Source of the DNA: a virus
Lineage: Duplodnaviria > Caudoviricetes
Strand: one strand, 5' to 3'
DNA length: 57,615 nt
IMG/VR virus record: IMGVR_UViG_3300045911_000150
Location: 1-57,615 of that record
Part shown: positions 38,726 through 47,693 of the stretch, in pieces
How the letters are laid out: each line of letters starts with the position of its first letter
Numbering within the stretch: position 1 is the stretch's first letter
Made by a program: the position numbers and the translations under genes
The notes under the pieces: generated by a model
Databases searched by the model: none
Told to the model about the DNA's origin: nothing
Seen by the model: only the letters and a program-made list of their open reading frames with translations

Positions 38726-39396
38726 CAGTAGCTCCTTTTCGGCTTCCAGTGCTCGCAGTGCCTGACCGGGCACCAGCCGTTGCAGAGCCCCGAGGGCTTC
38801 TCGCGCCACACGTCGTCGTGGAACGCCTGCCGATACTGGCGCAGGTCGCCGGTCATGTGGCTCCAGAGCTCCGGGATCATGGGTCGGGTCACCAGCTTGG
38901 TATCTGCTTGCTTATCCTGTGTCCAGTATAGATGCAAGTCAATGGTTGTCACGTCCGGGTGTTTGGCAAAAACCCATATCGCGAAGATATAGAGCTGCAC
39001 CCAGTCGGGCTTCCGCTTGCCGGTCTTGTAGTCCACAACATCGGCGGTTCTGTTGTGGATCCGGTGGTAGTCCAGCACCCCGCGCCACCAGACATCCCGG
39101 TCGAAGAACCCACAGGGCTCGGCGCGCTTGTTCAGGGCGACCTTTTCCTCGGCCTTCGCGACGCCCGGCGCCTGCCTCAGCTTGTCGAGGAAGGGCTGGT
39201 GCTCAGCCAGCATGTCGGGCAGCGGGGTGCCGTGCCCGACGAACAGCTCGAAAGCCTTGTGGATTTGGTTCCCCCAGACCAGCGCCTCGGTGCTTTCTTC
39301 CTTGACGGACTTGATCACCCGCTTCTCGTAGAACGCGCGCGGGCAGTTCTTGAAGTCGGTGAGACTCGTGTAGCTCCATGGCATCGGTGCGGGCAT
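38725..39396 (-). CDS. Cas4/RecB-like PD-(D/E)XK exonuclease
   Basis: WSYTSL..F..CPR, G..IH, GVLD, VVDYKTG, PSGLCNGWCPVRHC. Confidence 0.88.
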   Translation of the reverse strand: MPAPMPWSYTSLTDFKNCPRAFYEKRVIKSVKEESTEALVWGNQIHKAFELFVGHGTPLPDMLAEHQPFLDKLRQAPGVAKAEEKVALNKRAEPCGFFDRDVWWRGVLDYHRIHNRTADVVDYKTGKRKPDWVQLYIFAIWVFAKHPDVTTIDLHLYWTQDKQADTKLVTRPMIPELWSHMTGDLRQYRQAFHDDVWREKPSGLCNGWCPVRHCEHWKPKRSY

Positions 39397-39941
39397 CAGA
39401 GCACCAGGCTCAGCGCGGCGCGAATGCGCTGCAGGTGACGCGCCTGGTCCACAGCGTCGTCGAGAGCGTTGTGGTGTGTGCCCGATCGCTGGATCCTGAC
39501 CTGCGGGGTCAGCGCCTTGAGCGTGCGGTAGCACCGGTCGTTCCGGTGGTCCCAGAACGGATCCGTGCCGAGACTCCGGTAGGCCGAGGCGAGGATCACG
39601 TTGTCGAAGGCCGCGCCGTTGCCCCAGACCCTGATGTCTTCGGTACTCTCCACGGCCACCTGCTGGTCGCGCACCCACCTCGACAGACCGGTGAGGGCGG
39701 AGTAGGCGTCAACCTTGCGCTCGGCCAGCCAGGCCTCGCGCGCGGCGGTGCGCTCAGGACTCATCCACCACAGGATGGTGTTCGTATCTACGTGCCGCCC
39801 CGGCATCGAGGCCGGCTCGATCGCGGCGTAGAACCGCTCCCCCACATCGGCGCCCTTGGGGTCGAACATGCACGCGCCGATCGAGACGATCAACGCATTG
39901 GGCTGGGTAGACCAGGTCTCAAGGTCGATCATTACGTGCAT
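39396..39941 (-). CDS. DEDDh 3'-5' exonuclease (Rv2179c/exonuclease VIII-like)
   Basis: HVMIDLET, WGNGAAFD, RCYRT, HNALDDA. Confidence 0.88.
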   Translation of the reverse strand: MHVMIDLETWSTQPNALIVSIGACMFDPKGADVGERFYAAIEPASMPGRHVDTNTILWWMSPERTAAREAWLAERKVDAYSALTGLSRWVRDQQVAVESTEDIRVWGNGAAFDNVILASAYRSLGTDPFWDHRNDRCYRTLKALTPQVRIQRSGTHHNALDDAVDQARHLQRIRAALSLVL

Positions 39942-39944
39942 CGC

Positions 39945-40259
39945 TCACACCCTCCCATGCCCGTGACTGAACGACAGCTCGCCCGCCAGCGCCCGGTAGC
40001 CCAGCCCGTCGACGTAGTTGTCCGCATGCTGGGGGTTCCCTCGCGCGCGGGCGTCCTTGAACAGACCCATCATCATGGCCACGTCGTGCGGCGTCAGCGG
40101 CGACGTGAGGCGATGCTCAAGCCACCAGTTCCACACGCCTGCGATGCTGGCGAAGCTGTCCTCGGCGTTGCCATGGGTCGCTGCCCTGTCGCGCGTGATC
40201 GCTTCGTTGGCAAACCGCAGAAGCGCGGTGCGGGTCTGTTCTGTCGTGTCGGCGCTCAT
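39945..40259 (-). CDS. DUF6378-like phage protein
   Basis: DRAATHG.AEDSF..IA..W, DVAMMM...K.AR, DNYVDG.GY. Confidence 0.8.
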   Translation of the reverse strand: MSADTTEQTRTALLRFANEAITRDRAATHGNAEDSFASIAGVWNWWLEHRLTSPLTPHDVAMMMGLFKDARARGNPQHADNYVDGLGYRALAGELSFSHGHGRV

Positions 40260-40438
40260 TTCGACTTCTCCTTTGCGCCTGCCTTCCCATGGCGGGCCGT
40301 GTTTCCGATGCTGCTCGCGTGGGTGCGCTTCTGGCTGATGTCGCGCTTGCGCCCATCCTCGTCGACAGGCTTCGGGGACTTGGCCGAGAGCGGCTTGCAC
40401 AGCTCGGCGATGGTAGGGCCAGGCAGGATAGGCTTCAT
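40256..40438 (-). CDS. Small basic hypothetical protein
   Basis: GGAGG RBS; fills the gap and is coupled to the next gene. Confidence 0.5.
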   Translation of the reverse strand: MKPILPGPTIAELCKPLSAKSPKPVDEDGRKRDISQKRTHASSIGNTARHGKAGAKEKSK

Positions 40439-40439
40439 G

Positions 40440-41051
40440 TCAGTCCTCCACGTGTGAAAACTTTTCGACTTCGTCTCCCCACGCAGTCCACCCGAGGCGG
40501 CGCTGACGCGAGAACATGTCGAGCCTCTGTGCGGAGGGCATCAGCATCTCCGCCGCGATGTAGGCTTCGTCGGGCTTGCGCGAGTGCTCCCGCACCAGCC
40601 CTTCGACGGTGATCATGCTCGGCTGATCGGTCGCGTCCTCGCCCGAGGTCACCGCAGAGCGGACGTTGCGCGTCGTGCGCGGCTGGCCGCGCGTGCCGAT
40701 CAGGAACGGCTCGTTGGCCGAGCGCAGCAGATAGCCGGTACCGAACCCGGTCTTGCCGGTCCGGGTGCGCTTCACCCAGGTGCCGGCGGTCTTGTAGGCG
40801 AACCCCCACGCCCGCATGGTCTCCAGCGCCTGAGGCAGCATGGGGTTGGTCGCCCAGAGCCACAACAGGCAGTGTCTGGACGCAACCTCGGCCACCGGCA
40901 GGGCTGCGATGTCGAGCATGGTCATGGTGCGGTACTGACCGCCAGCGCCCTTGGGAGTGACCCCCTTGGCGGAGCGGGTGGCGAAGGTCCACGGCGGGTC
41001 GGCCATGATCAGGTCGAACCCGCCAGGTGGACAGATGGCGAGAAGGTTCAT
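40440..41051 (-). CDS. MT-A70 family adenine methyltransferase
   Basis: IMADPPW, LWLWATNPML, WGF.YKT, EHSRKPDE, LDMFSR. Confidence 0.92.
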   Translation of the reverse strand: MNLLAICPPGGFDLIMADPPWTFATRSAKGVTPKGAGGQYRTMTMLDIAALPVAEVASRHCLLWLWATNPMLPQALETMRAWGFAYKTAGTWVKRTRTGKTGFGTGYLLRSANEPFLIGTRGQPRTTRNVRSAVTSGEDATDQPSMITVEGLVREHSRKPDEAYIAAEMLMPSAQRLDMFSRQRRLGWTAWGDEVEKFSHVED

Positions 41052-41335
41052 GTGTTCCGCTTCATGCTGCCGTCCGGGTTGCGCGGGAAGCTGCGGTTCT
41101 CCGAGGCAGACACCACGCGGGCGTTCTTCAGCGTGTTCGCCCCGCCCTTGGACAGGGGTTTCTTGTGGTCGAGGTCCTTGCCGTCGCCGGTCTTGACCAT
41201 GCCCTTCTTCAGCGCGAGCCTGCGCAGGCGCTTGCGCTTCGCGTTGGGGCTATCCGAGCCCCCGATCTCGCCGCGCGCCCTGGCGGTGCGCGCCTCCTGC
41301 TTGTAGTCCCTGACGTAGCCGGGCGGGCTAGGCAT
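41048..41335 (-). CDS. Small HNH-type endonuclease
   Basis: GDGKDLDHKKPLSKGG.N...N.RV.....NRS. Confidence 0.75.
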   Translation of the reverse strand: MPSPPGYVRDYKQEARTARARGEIGGSDSPNAKRKRLRRLALKKGMVKTGDGKDLDHKKPLSKGGANTLKNARVVSASENRSFPRNPDGSMKRNT

Positions 41336-41504
41336 CGTGAGTCTCCTTCTCCAGAGTGTAGCCGAGGGCCTTGAATCGTGCGGGATCATAGGGCTCCTCG
41401 AAGGTGGCGTACTGCCCCTTCAGCCGGATGAGTCCTGTCGTCTTGTCGAGGCTCAGAACCTCGTAGCGCGTGCCGGTCGCTGTGTGTCTGAGAAACGCCT
41501 TCAT
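41328..41504 (-). CDS. Hypothetical protein, 58 aa
   Basis: ATGA overlap with the polymerase stop. Confidence 0.6.
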   Translation of the reverse strand: MKAFLRHTATGTRYEVLSLDKTTGLIRLKGQYATFEEPYDPARFKALGYTLEKETHDA

Positions 41505-43402
41505 GCCTGCTTCACCTCCTTGAGTGTGCCCCATGTGGGGCCGACCTTGATGTCCCACGGCAGCGGGATCGGAGGGCTGAATCCCCACGCCTGCCGGTAG
41601 GGAAGACCTGCCAACAGCTTCGGGACTTCGGCCACGAACCGACTGACCGCCGGGGTGGGCACGAACATGTAGATGCCGTCGTGCAGGTCCCACGCGAAGT
41701 AGGCGCCGACCTGACGAAGATACGGCGACAGAACCGCGATGGCCAGATACTTCTGGTCCGCCCCAGTGCCTTGGATCCGGTAGTTGATCGCCGTGGACCC
41801 CATCGACCACTCTTGCCTTCCTTGCCAGTTGCCCGTGACCTGCACGCGCCGACCTGCGAACGTTTCGACGTAACCAAGCCGCTTGGTCATGCTGATCTGC
41901 TTTTGCCAGTATACAGGCACTTGCTTGTAGCTGGCTTGGTATGTCTTGTGGATTACCATAGCCTCAGGCAGCGTCATAGGCAAGTTATATTGCACGCGAG
42001 CCACGGTTTGAAGTTTGGGCGCCGAGGTACGATATTGGAGCGACAGGTTTGCCACCTTACCCAGCTGTCGCGCATCTCGTGCATCGGGGTCGTCGGCTCC
42101 TACAAGGGTCATCAGGGTGCGATACTCCATACTTTTGATCTGGGCACCCATGAATGTGTGGGCATCTTCGCCCGGCAGGCACAGCTGCAGCATGGTCTCG
42201 TCGTCAGAGGCGATGGCCATCCACCGAAACTCCTGCCCGGCGGCGTCCACCTCGACGATCGTGTAGCCCGGCGGGGCCTGCAGCGCGGCACGGAAGGCCT
42301 TGTCGCGTTTCATCTGGTGCAAGGCGAAACCGGTCTGCACTGCAGCGACGCCGGTGCCTTGCTTGGAGCTGTAGGTCAGCCTTCCGCTGTACGTACCGAA
42401 CACGATGGCGGCTGGCCGGGTGCGCCCGTCGCCGTTGTACGCGGCACTGGCCAGCGGTGTCTCGGCGAACTTGGTCCGGTTGTTCAGCGCCTCGCGGTAC
42501 TCGCGCAGCCTCTTGGCGCGTGGGTCGACAAAGGCCAGCTCGTGGAGCGTCTCCTTGTCGGTCGCCCGACTGACCTTGCCGGTCTTCCTGCCGGTGTTCT
42601 CCTTGAGCACAGGAAGCTGCCAGTCGTCGAACAGCAGCTTGCCCAGCTGGGTCGGAGACCGGACGATCTTCTCGGTAACGCCGTGGGGCGCCAGTTCCTC
42701 AAGCAGCGCCGCCGCATCGTTCGCGAGCTTGGCCGACAGGTGCCGGGTGGCCACAGTGTCCACAGGGACGCCCCGCAGGTTCGCCAGCGCCGCGTGGGGC
42801 AGCATGCGTGCCTCGATCAGGGCGGCCTTCAGGCGCTGCGGCTCCGCCGCCAGCTTCTGCCACCAGTGCCGCGCCAGCCGCAGGGTGAAGGTGGTGTCCC
42901 GGACGTTGTAGGCGTGCAGCCGCGCCAGGTCCTCTGGCGCCGTGCTGTGGAAGTCGATGTCTTCCTCGTAGCCCGCGTGCGCGGGCAGCACCTCGGCGAC
43001 GCAGGCCTTGAGCCCGTAGGACTTCTTGTTCGGGCGATCGGTGTCGTACTCGGGCTCGATGAACCAGTGCCGCCAGAGCAGCATCCCGTCGAGCCACCGC
43101 GCCTTGAACACGAGGTCCTCCAGCCCGTAGGCCAGCAGCCACGAGATGTCGAACACGGTGTTCCAGCCAACGAGGTACTGGTCGCGCGCGATGGCGCGCT
43201 CCAGCATGTCGCGCATCATGTCCTGCGTCGGGTGCAGCCCGCCGTGCGGCACAACACGGCCGTTGACCCGCTCGCACCAGACGAGCGATGTCGCCCAGGC
43301 CTCGCCGGTCGCGACCCGCCACGGCTGCAGCGCGTAGGCCGGAAGCGTGCCGGATGTCTCGAAGTCGAAGGCAACGAACTTCTCGTCCGCCCAGGCGGTC
43401 AT
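41501..43402 (-). CDS. polA: DNA polymerase family A with 3'-5' exonuclease
   Basis: AFDFET, GWN..FD, SGRLTYS; motif A DAAGQEFR; motif B RQLGKVANLSLQY; NYRIQGTGAD; motif C LHDG. Confidence 0.92.
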   Translation of the reverse strand: MTAWADEKFVAFDFETSGTLPAYALQPWRVATGEAWATSLVWCERVNGRVVPHGGLHPTQDMMRDMLERAIARDQYLVGWNTVFDISWLLAYGLEDLVFKARWLDGMLLWRHWFIEPEYDTDRPNKKSYGLKACVAEVLPAHAGYEEDIDFHSTAPEDLARLHAYNVRDTTFTLRLARHWWQKLAAEPQRLKAALIEARMLPHAALANLRGVPVDTVATRHLSAKLANDAAALLEELAPHGVTEKIVRSPTQLGKLLFDDWQLPVLKENTGRKTGKVSRATDKETLHELAFVDPRAKRLREYREALNNRTKFAETPLASAAYNGDGRTRPAAIVFGTYSGRLTYSSKQGTGVAAVQTGFALHQMKRDKAFRAALQAPPGYTIVEVDAAGQEFRWMAIASDDETMLQLCLPGEDAHTFMGAQIKSMEYRTLMTLVGADDPDARDARQLGKVANLSLQYRTSAPKLQTVARVQYNLPMTLPEAMVIHKTYQASYKQVPVYWQKQISMTKRLGYVETFAGRRVQVTGNWQGRQEWSMGSTAINYRIQGTGADQKYLAIAVLSPYLRQVGAYFAWDLHDGIYMFVPTPAVSRFVAEVPKLLAGLPYRQAWGFSPPIPLPWDIKVGPTWGTLKEVKQA

Positions 43403-43430
43403 GTGCTTCTCCGTGTGTGTGAGGTGGAGG

Positions 43431-43727
43431 TCAGGCTGTACGCCAGACCGCGATGCCTCGGACCGCTCCGGGCGTGCCAGCCGCGACGATCTTGGGCGGC
43501 CCCTTCGACGAGGTCAGCAGCGCCACATCGCGCGTCGAGAACTTGCGGCCGAGTTTCTTCGCCTCGACCGAGACATGTGTTGCAAGGCTCTTGCGACTGG
43601 GGCCGGAACCATGCGGGACGAAGAACATCTGCCCGACCTTCAGCTCGTCAAGCGGATACTTTCGATAAGCCCCGGCCTTCGACCTGGCCGGCGGAGGTTG
43701 GATAACGTTGTCGAAAACCTCGAACAT
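43431..43727 (-). CDS. Small putative DNA-binding protein
   Basis: AAGGAG RBS; KYPLDELKVGQMFFVP...F..R...VWR pattern. Confidence 0.7.
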   Translation of the reverse strand: MFEVFDNVIQPPPARSKAGAYRKYPLDELKVGQMFFVPHGSGPSRKSLATHVSVEAKKLGRKFSTRDVALLTSSKGPPKIVAAGTPGAVRGIAVWRTA

Positions 43728-43754
43728 GGTCGCTCCTTACGTGATGGCGTGCGC

Positions 43755-43783
43755 AAGATACCATACCACAAGGCGATGCACAA
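43755..43783 (-). promoter_or_regulatory. Putative promoter TTGTGC-N17-TATCTT, abutting a palindrome
   Basis: 17-bp spacing; upstream of the replication genes. Confidence 0.45.
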
Positions 43784-43785
43784 GG

Positions 43786-43805
43786 TTTGTGACATCCGTC
43801 ACAAA
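43786..43805. promoter_or_regulatory. Palindrome TTTGTGAC-ATCC-GTCACAAA
   Basis: Intergenic copy. Confidence 0.85.
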
Positions 43806-43840
43806 CCTCGGCGCCGCGACTACCGTCCCCTACTGTCCCG

Positions 43841-44338
43841 CTAAAATATCTGCAGCTCATGCGCGCGCTTGAGAAACAGCGTCTTCGCCCGCTCGGGACT
43901 CAGGAACTGCACGGTGCGCCCGGGCCGGCGTGGGATTTCGACACCCATGGTCTCGGCCAACTCGATGTCCAACATGGTCCTGTCGGCCTCGATCACCCTT
44001 CGCGGCGTCTCCACCGAGACCTTGAACCGCCGCCGGACCCCTGCCTCCACACGGGCCTCCATCGCCTGATAGTCCGGGAGCAGAGACTTGAGCGGCGAAC
44101 TGACATCGCCGATCAGTGCCTCGTGGGCATCGTGCAGCAGCGCGTCGGCCGCCAGCGTCGCCGGCACCAGATAGCTCGCGTGGACGCTGTGCTCGGCCAC
44201 CGAGTAGAACCGCCGCGTGTGGCCAGTGAACCGGCAGATGTGGGCCAGCCCATGGGCGACATCCAACAGGGTCACGCGGTCGAAGCTCGGGTCGGCAAGG
44301 TCGACAACCGTGCCCGAGAACAGCTTGATCTGAGTCAT
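43841..44338 (-). CDS. HD-domain phosphohydrolase (YfbR/YfdR-like deoxynucleotidase)
   Basis: AHGLA.ICRF.GH, YSVAEHSV, LLHDAHEA.IGD..SPLK. Confidence 0.85.
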   Translation of the reverse strand: MTQIKLFSGTVVDLADPSFDRVTLLDVAHGLAHICRFTGHTRRFYSVAEHSVHASYLVPATLAADALLHDAHEALIGDVSSPLKSLLPDYQAMEARVEAGVRRRFKVSVETPRRVIEADRTMLDIELAETMGVEIPRRPGRTVQFLSPERAKTLFLKRAHELQIF

Positions 44339-44550
44339 GTGGGGGTATCCTCTTGCGTGAAGGCGCGTTGGGTCGCGATGAAGGCGTTGGCGGCCATGAA
44401 GCTGGCCGCTGCGGCGCCCTGCCAGTGTCGTGCGATCGCTTCGGCCGGGTTCTCGCCGGGTGCAATGCGGTGTCCGGCCGCCTGGCCGAACACCGAGAGG
44501 AAACACGCTTCTGCGATGCGATTGCGCTGGGCAATCTCGTCAGGACTCAC
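44335..44550 (-). CDS. Hypothetical protein
   Basis: GTG start; overlaps both neighbours. Confidence 0.5.
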   Translation of the reverse strand: MSPDEIAQRNRIAEACFLSVFGQAAGHRIAPGENPAEAIARHWQGAAAASFMAANAFIATQRAFTQEDTPT

Positions 44551-44926
44551 GGCTTCGCTCCTGCGCACGAAGCGCCTTGACGGCGCCCATGTAGTCGCCA
44601 TCCGCCCACGCGACGACGGCGTCGGCGGCATGGGCGCAGGACGTGTCGGTCTCGCGGATCGCCTCTGCCAGCCGGGCGATGAACACATCCGCCGACATCG
44701 GCGCCGCCTTCGAGTCCCGTCGGAGCGTGTTCGCCAGCCACGGCGTGCGCTCGCGGTGCAGGACGTTGGGCACGAGCACGGCCAGCACGGCCATGCCCGG
44801 GGTCACCTGCACAGACCGGGCGACCTGGCTGGGGATGAACACCGCCTCGCGCGGCTCGGTCAGGGTGGAGCCGAACGCGCTGCCCGAAGGCAGCACGTTG
44901 GTGATGGTGATCGGAACCTCATACAT
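44540..44926 (-). CDS. Hypothetical protein (OB-like N-terminus)
   Basis: AGGAG RBS. Confidence 0.65.
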   Translation of the reverse strand: MYEVPITITNVLPSGSAFGSTLTEPREAVFIPSQVARSVQVTPGMAVLAVLVPNVLHRERTPWLANTLRRDSKAAPMSADVFIARLAEAIRETDTSCAHAADAVVAWADGDYMGAVKALRAQERSRES

Positions 44927-44942
44927 GATGGTATCTCCTGAC

Positions 44943-45806
44943 TCAGTCGGGGTTGCCGAAGGCGGCCATGATCCCGGCCATGTGGTCCATGATCGCGCGG
45001 GCCTCGTCGGCCGCCTTCTGGCGCGTGGCGTCGTTGGTCCTCAGCTCGGTGGCGTCGGGCCCGGTCAGCTTCGCCTCGATCATCTGCCGCAGACGCTCCA
45101 GGTTGGGGTCGTCGACGATGTTGAGTGCGGGGATGACCTGCACCAGCTCGCGCAGGTTCTCCACCAGCTCGACCCGGATCCCGGAGTTGGTCGTGGTGCG
45201 TTGCACGTAGTTGCTCAGCGCGTCCGCGAGGCGCTTCCACGTGGGCGCCATGGCGCGGTGCAGGCGCGCTTCCGCCGTTTTCTCCAGCCGCTCCACGACG
45301 CGCGGGTCGAGGTTCTCGGACACCTTCACCCGGAAGTCGCCGAGAGCGTTGACCGGCTCCATCTCCAGGTTGACATAGAACCGGCGCCGCACTTCCGCCG
45401 GCGACGGGTAGTCGTCGGCGTTGAACAGCGCGCCCATGCGGAACCGGGCGCGCTCGCGCTCGGCCGGGTAGATGTCGAACGCGAAGCGATCTGCGGCCTT
45501 GTCGTGCGCCGCAACCAGCGGCTCGTGTTCCTCAAGGAACTGCAGCAGCCCGCTGCGCTGGGTCAGCCGCGCGCCCGCGTCCGTCCACGGCAGGGTGCGC
45601 GCGTAGAGGTGCTGCCGCACCGCCGTGGCGGCCTGACCGATCTCGGCGAGCGCCGTCTCGGGCAGCAGGTGCTTGTTGACGCGGGCGGCGCCGATCTCGG
45701 CCTGCGCCTCGGTCGTGACCTTGCGGCTGGCGGCCTTGTCCAGCCGCTGTGCGGTCCACTTCCCGATATTCAGGGTCAGGACCATGCATTCTGTGACGAT
45801 GCTCAT
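44943..45806 (-). CDS. DUF3150-like protein
   Basis: L.IG.WTA...D, RVNK.LL, TLPW...GARL, FN.DDYP...EV..RF, LNI.DDP.L. Confidence 0.7.
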   Translation of the reverse strand: MSIVTECMVLTLNIGKWTAQRLDKAASRKVTTEAQAEIGAARVNKHLLPETALAEIGQAATAVRQHLYARTLPWTDAGARLTQRSGLLQFLEEHEPLVAAHDKAADRFAFDIYPAERERARFRMGALFNADDYPSPAEVRRRFYVNLEMEPVNALGDFRVKVSENLDPRVVERLEKTAEARLHRAMAPTWKRLADALSNYVQRTTTNSGIRVELVENLRELVQVIPALNIVDDPNLERLRQMIEAKLTGPDATELRTNDATRQKAADEARAIMDHMAGIMAAFGNPD

Positions 45807-45859
45807 GTGTGTGTATCCTCATGCTGTGGGGTTAGGGATATAGGTAGACTGTCGATCTG

Positions 45860-46594
45860 TCAAGGCTTGGTGCTCAGGTAGGGGTAGTCGGTGGGATCGA
45901 AGCCATAGTCAAAGCCGTGCAGGTGCATCTGCACACGCTCCACAAAGGTCAGGTCCACGAACGATTTGTGAACCAGCTTCTGGGCCGGGACCGCATCCGA
46001 AGGAACCTTCGTGCGCTTGCGAACGCCGTCGACGGTGTGGATCACCGTCGACCCATACTCCTCAACCACGTCGAGCATCAGCGCCCACGCCGCAGCCTGA
46101 TGCTTCAGCCCCTGCAGATGCGCCTTCTGCTCGGGCGACGGCACCCACGGCGGCGCGACGGTGATGGGGTCGCCGACGGGCTTGCATCCCGGACCGCCCC
46201 AGTAAACCGCGCACTGACCGTGGAACCGCTGCGGGATCGGTCGATCGGTCCAGTCCGGTGTCTTGCCGTAGTACGAGTGGTGCATCAGCTTGACGGCCAT
46301 GTTGAAGTCGTAGTCGATGACCAGGTGCTGCATACCCTTGCGGCTGAGCCACGCGGTCGGGATCGGCTTGTCGTCACCGGGGATGTACAGCTTCGGGCAA
46401 TCCGAGTCCGTCGTCGCCACGAGTTGTACGTTGCGCTTGCCGAACCGCCGCCGCTGATCGGGATCGGGCGCGGACCCCGACCAGATGCACTCGCCGGTCG
46501 AGAAGTCGGTGAAGTTGCGGTCGACCACGTGGAACGCGCGCCAGTGATCCCAGCGGTGCGCGGCCGGGTTCGCGTTGAAGTCAGGCATCTGCAT
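45860..46594 (-). CDS. Hypothetical protein
   Basis: AGGAG RBS behind the palindrome and leader. Confidence 0.7.
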   Translation of the reverse strand: MQMPDFNANPAAHRWDHWRAFHVVDRNFTDFSTGECIWSGSAPDPDQRRRFGKRNVQLVATTDSDCPKLYIPGDDKPIPTAWLSRKGMQHLVIDYDFNMAVKLMHHSYYGKTPDWTDRPIPQRFHGQCAVYWGGPGCKPVGDPITVAPPWVPSPEQKAHLQGLKHQAAAWALMLDVVEEYGSTVIHTVDGVRKRTKVPSDAVPAQKLVHKSFVDLTFVERVQMHLHGFDYGFDPTDYPYLSTKP

Positions 46595-46623
46595 GTGAAT
46601 AGCTCCTGTGTGTGAGGTTGAAG

Positions 46624-46643
46624 TTTGTGACACATGTCACAAA
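46624..46643. promoter_or_regulatory. Palindrome TTTGTGAC-ACAT-GTCACAAA
   Basis: Intergenic; 29 bp upstream of ATG 46594. Confidence 0.85.
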
Positions 46644-46650
46644 GTTGTGG

Positions 46651-47391
46651 TCAGTAGCCCCAAGTCCGACATGCGGCGCGGCAGGCGTAGACATCGCGCC
46701 AGTCGCAGAGGTATGCGTACTCGGCTACGGTCAGGCAGTGCGCACGCATGTGGTTGTGCTCATAGTGCGCCACGGCCTTGATACCGCCCAGCTTCAGCAG
46801 CTCGGGCCACCGCGCCGGGTCGGCGATGATCCCGGCGACATCTACCTGACCCAACCACTTCCGGTCGTAGACCGGGAAGCCCATCGCCTGAGCCGCGCGC
46901 AGCCACTGGCGCACCTTGTCGAGCCCGGTCTCGCGACGGAACGCATTCGCCGCCTTGCGGTTGACGCGCGGCCAGATCCACGGTCTGGCGCCGGTCACCC
47001 CGCTGCCACGGATGGTCAGCACGTCGCCGCCACAGGCGCGATAGAAGTTGCCCGCGACGCGAACATGGCCCACGCTATACCCGCTCAGCGACGCGGAGAT
47101 GTGGGACGGAGCGTGCGCGTGGATGAACTCCGCCGTGGTCATGCTGTCGTAGATGCGCAGCACGACCGACCCGTCGGAGCGGTAGGTCACCACATCGGTC
47201 TGATGCAGGCGGAACACGACCGAGCCGTCGGCCAGCTTGCGCACACCGGTGTTGCGGTACCGACGATTCCTGAGCGGGCGCTCGTCGCCGTCGGCGGTCT
47301 CGCCGCGCCACGGTTTCATGGAGTTGTAGTAGGCCAGCGCCTCGGCATGGCTGTCGAGGCGCCGGGAAGAAAAGCGCATACCGCCGAACAT
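46651..47391 (-). CDS. Hypothetical protein
   Basis: CACACACAAGGAG leader. Confidence 0.7.
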   Translation of the reverse strand: MFGGMRFSSRRLDSHAEALAYYNSMKPWRGETADGDERPLRNRRYRNTGVRKLADGSVVFRLHQTDVVTYRSDGSVVLRIYDSMTTAEFIHAHAPSHISASLSGYSVGHVRVAGNFYRACGGDVLTIRGSGVTGARPWIWPRVNRKAANAFRRETGLDKVRQWLRAAQAMGFPVYDRKWLGQVDVAGIIADPARWPELLKLGGIKAVAHYEHNHMRAHCLTVAEYAYLCDWRDVYACRAACRTWGY

Positions 47392-47414
47392 GTTGTAGTC
47401 TCCTTGTGTGTGAG

Positions 47415-47693
47415 TCAGCTGTGAGTGAGGGCGCAGCCCGCATAGGCTGCGTCCAGGGTGGGGTAGGTCACGAACGTCCCGGGGTAGGGACGCCGGAACT
47501 TGTCGAACAGGGCCGTGTACAGGTCGTAGGCGCGCACCTCATCGCCGCACAGCACGACCGCGAACTGGCACCCGTCGCCGAAGGCGTTGCGGCAAAAGAT
47601 CTCGGCAAAGGTGCTGGTGCCGATGTCGCCCGTCTCGCGCACCACGCCGCCCGAGCAGACGAAGGCGATCAGCTTGAGTCGATGCTCGGTCAT
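47415..47693 (-). CDS. Hypothetical protein
   Basis: ATGA overlap with the vWA gene. Confidence 0.55.
   Translation of the reverse strand: MTEHRLKLIAFVCSGGVVRETGDIGTSTFAEIFCRNAFGDGCQFAVVLCGDEVRAYDLYTALFDKFRRPYPGTFVTYPTLDAAYAGCALTHS

Noticed and set aside
38725-39396. CRISPR-associated cas4
   Set aside because: Stand-alone Cas4-like exonucleases are common in phage replication modules; no cas1, cas2 or array
43841-44338. DatZ of a 2-aminoadenine (Z-genome) pathway
   Set aside because: No PurZ or MazZ-like gene recognised; the HD protein fits the common YfbR/YfdR-like type
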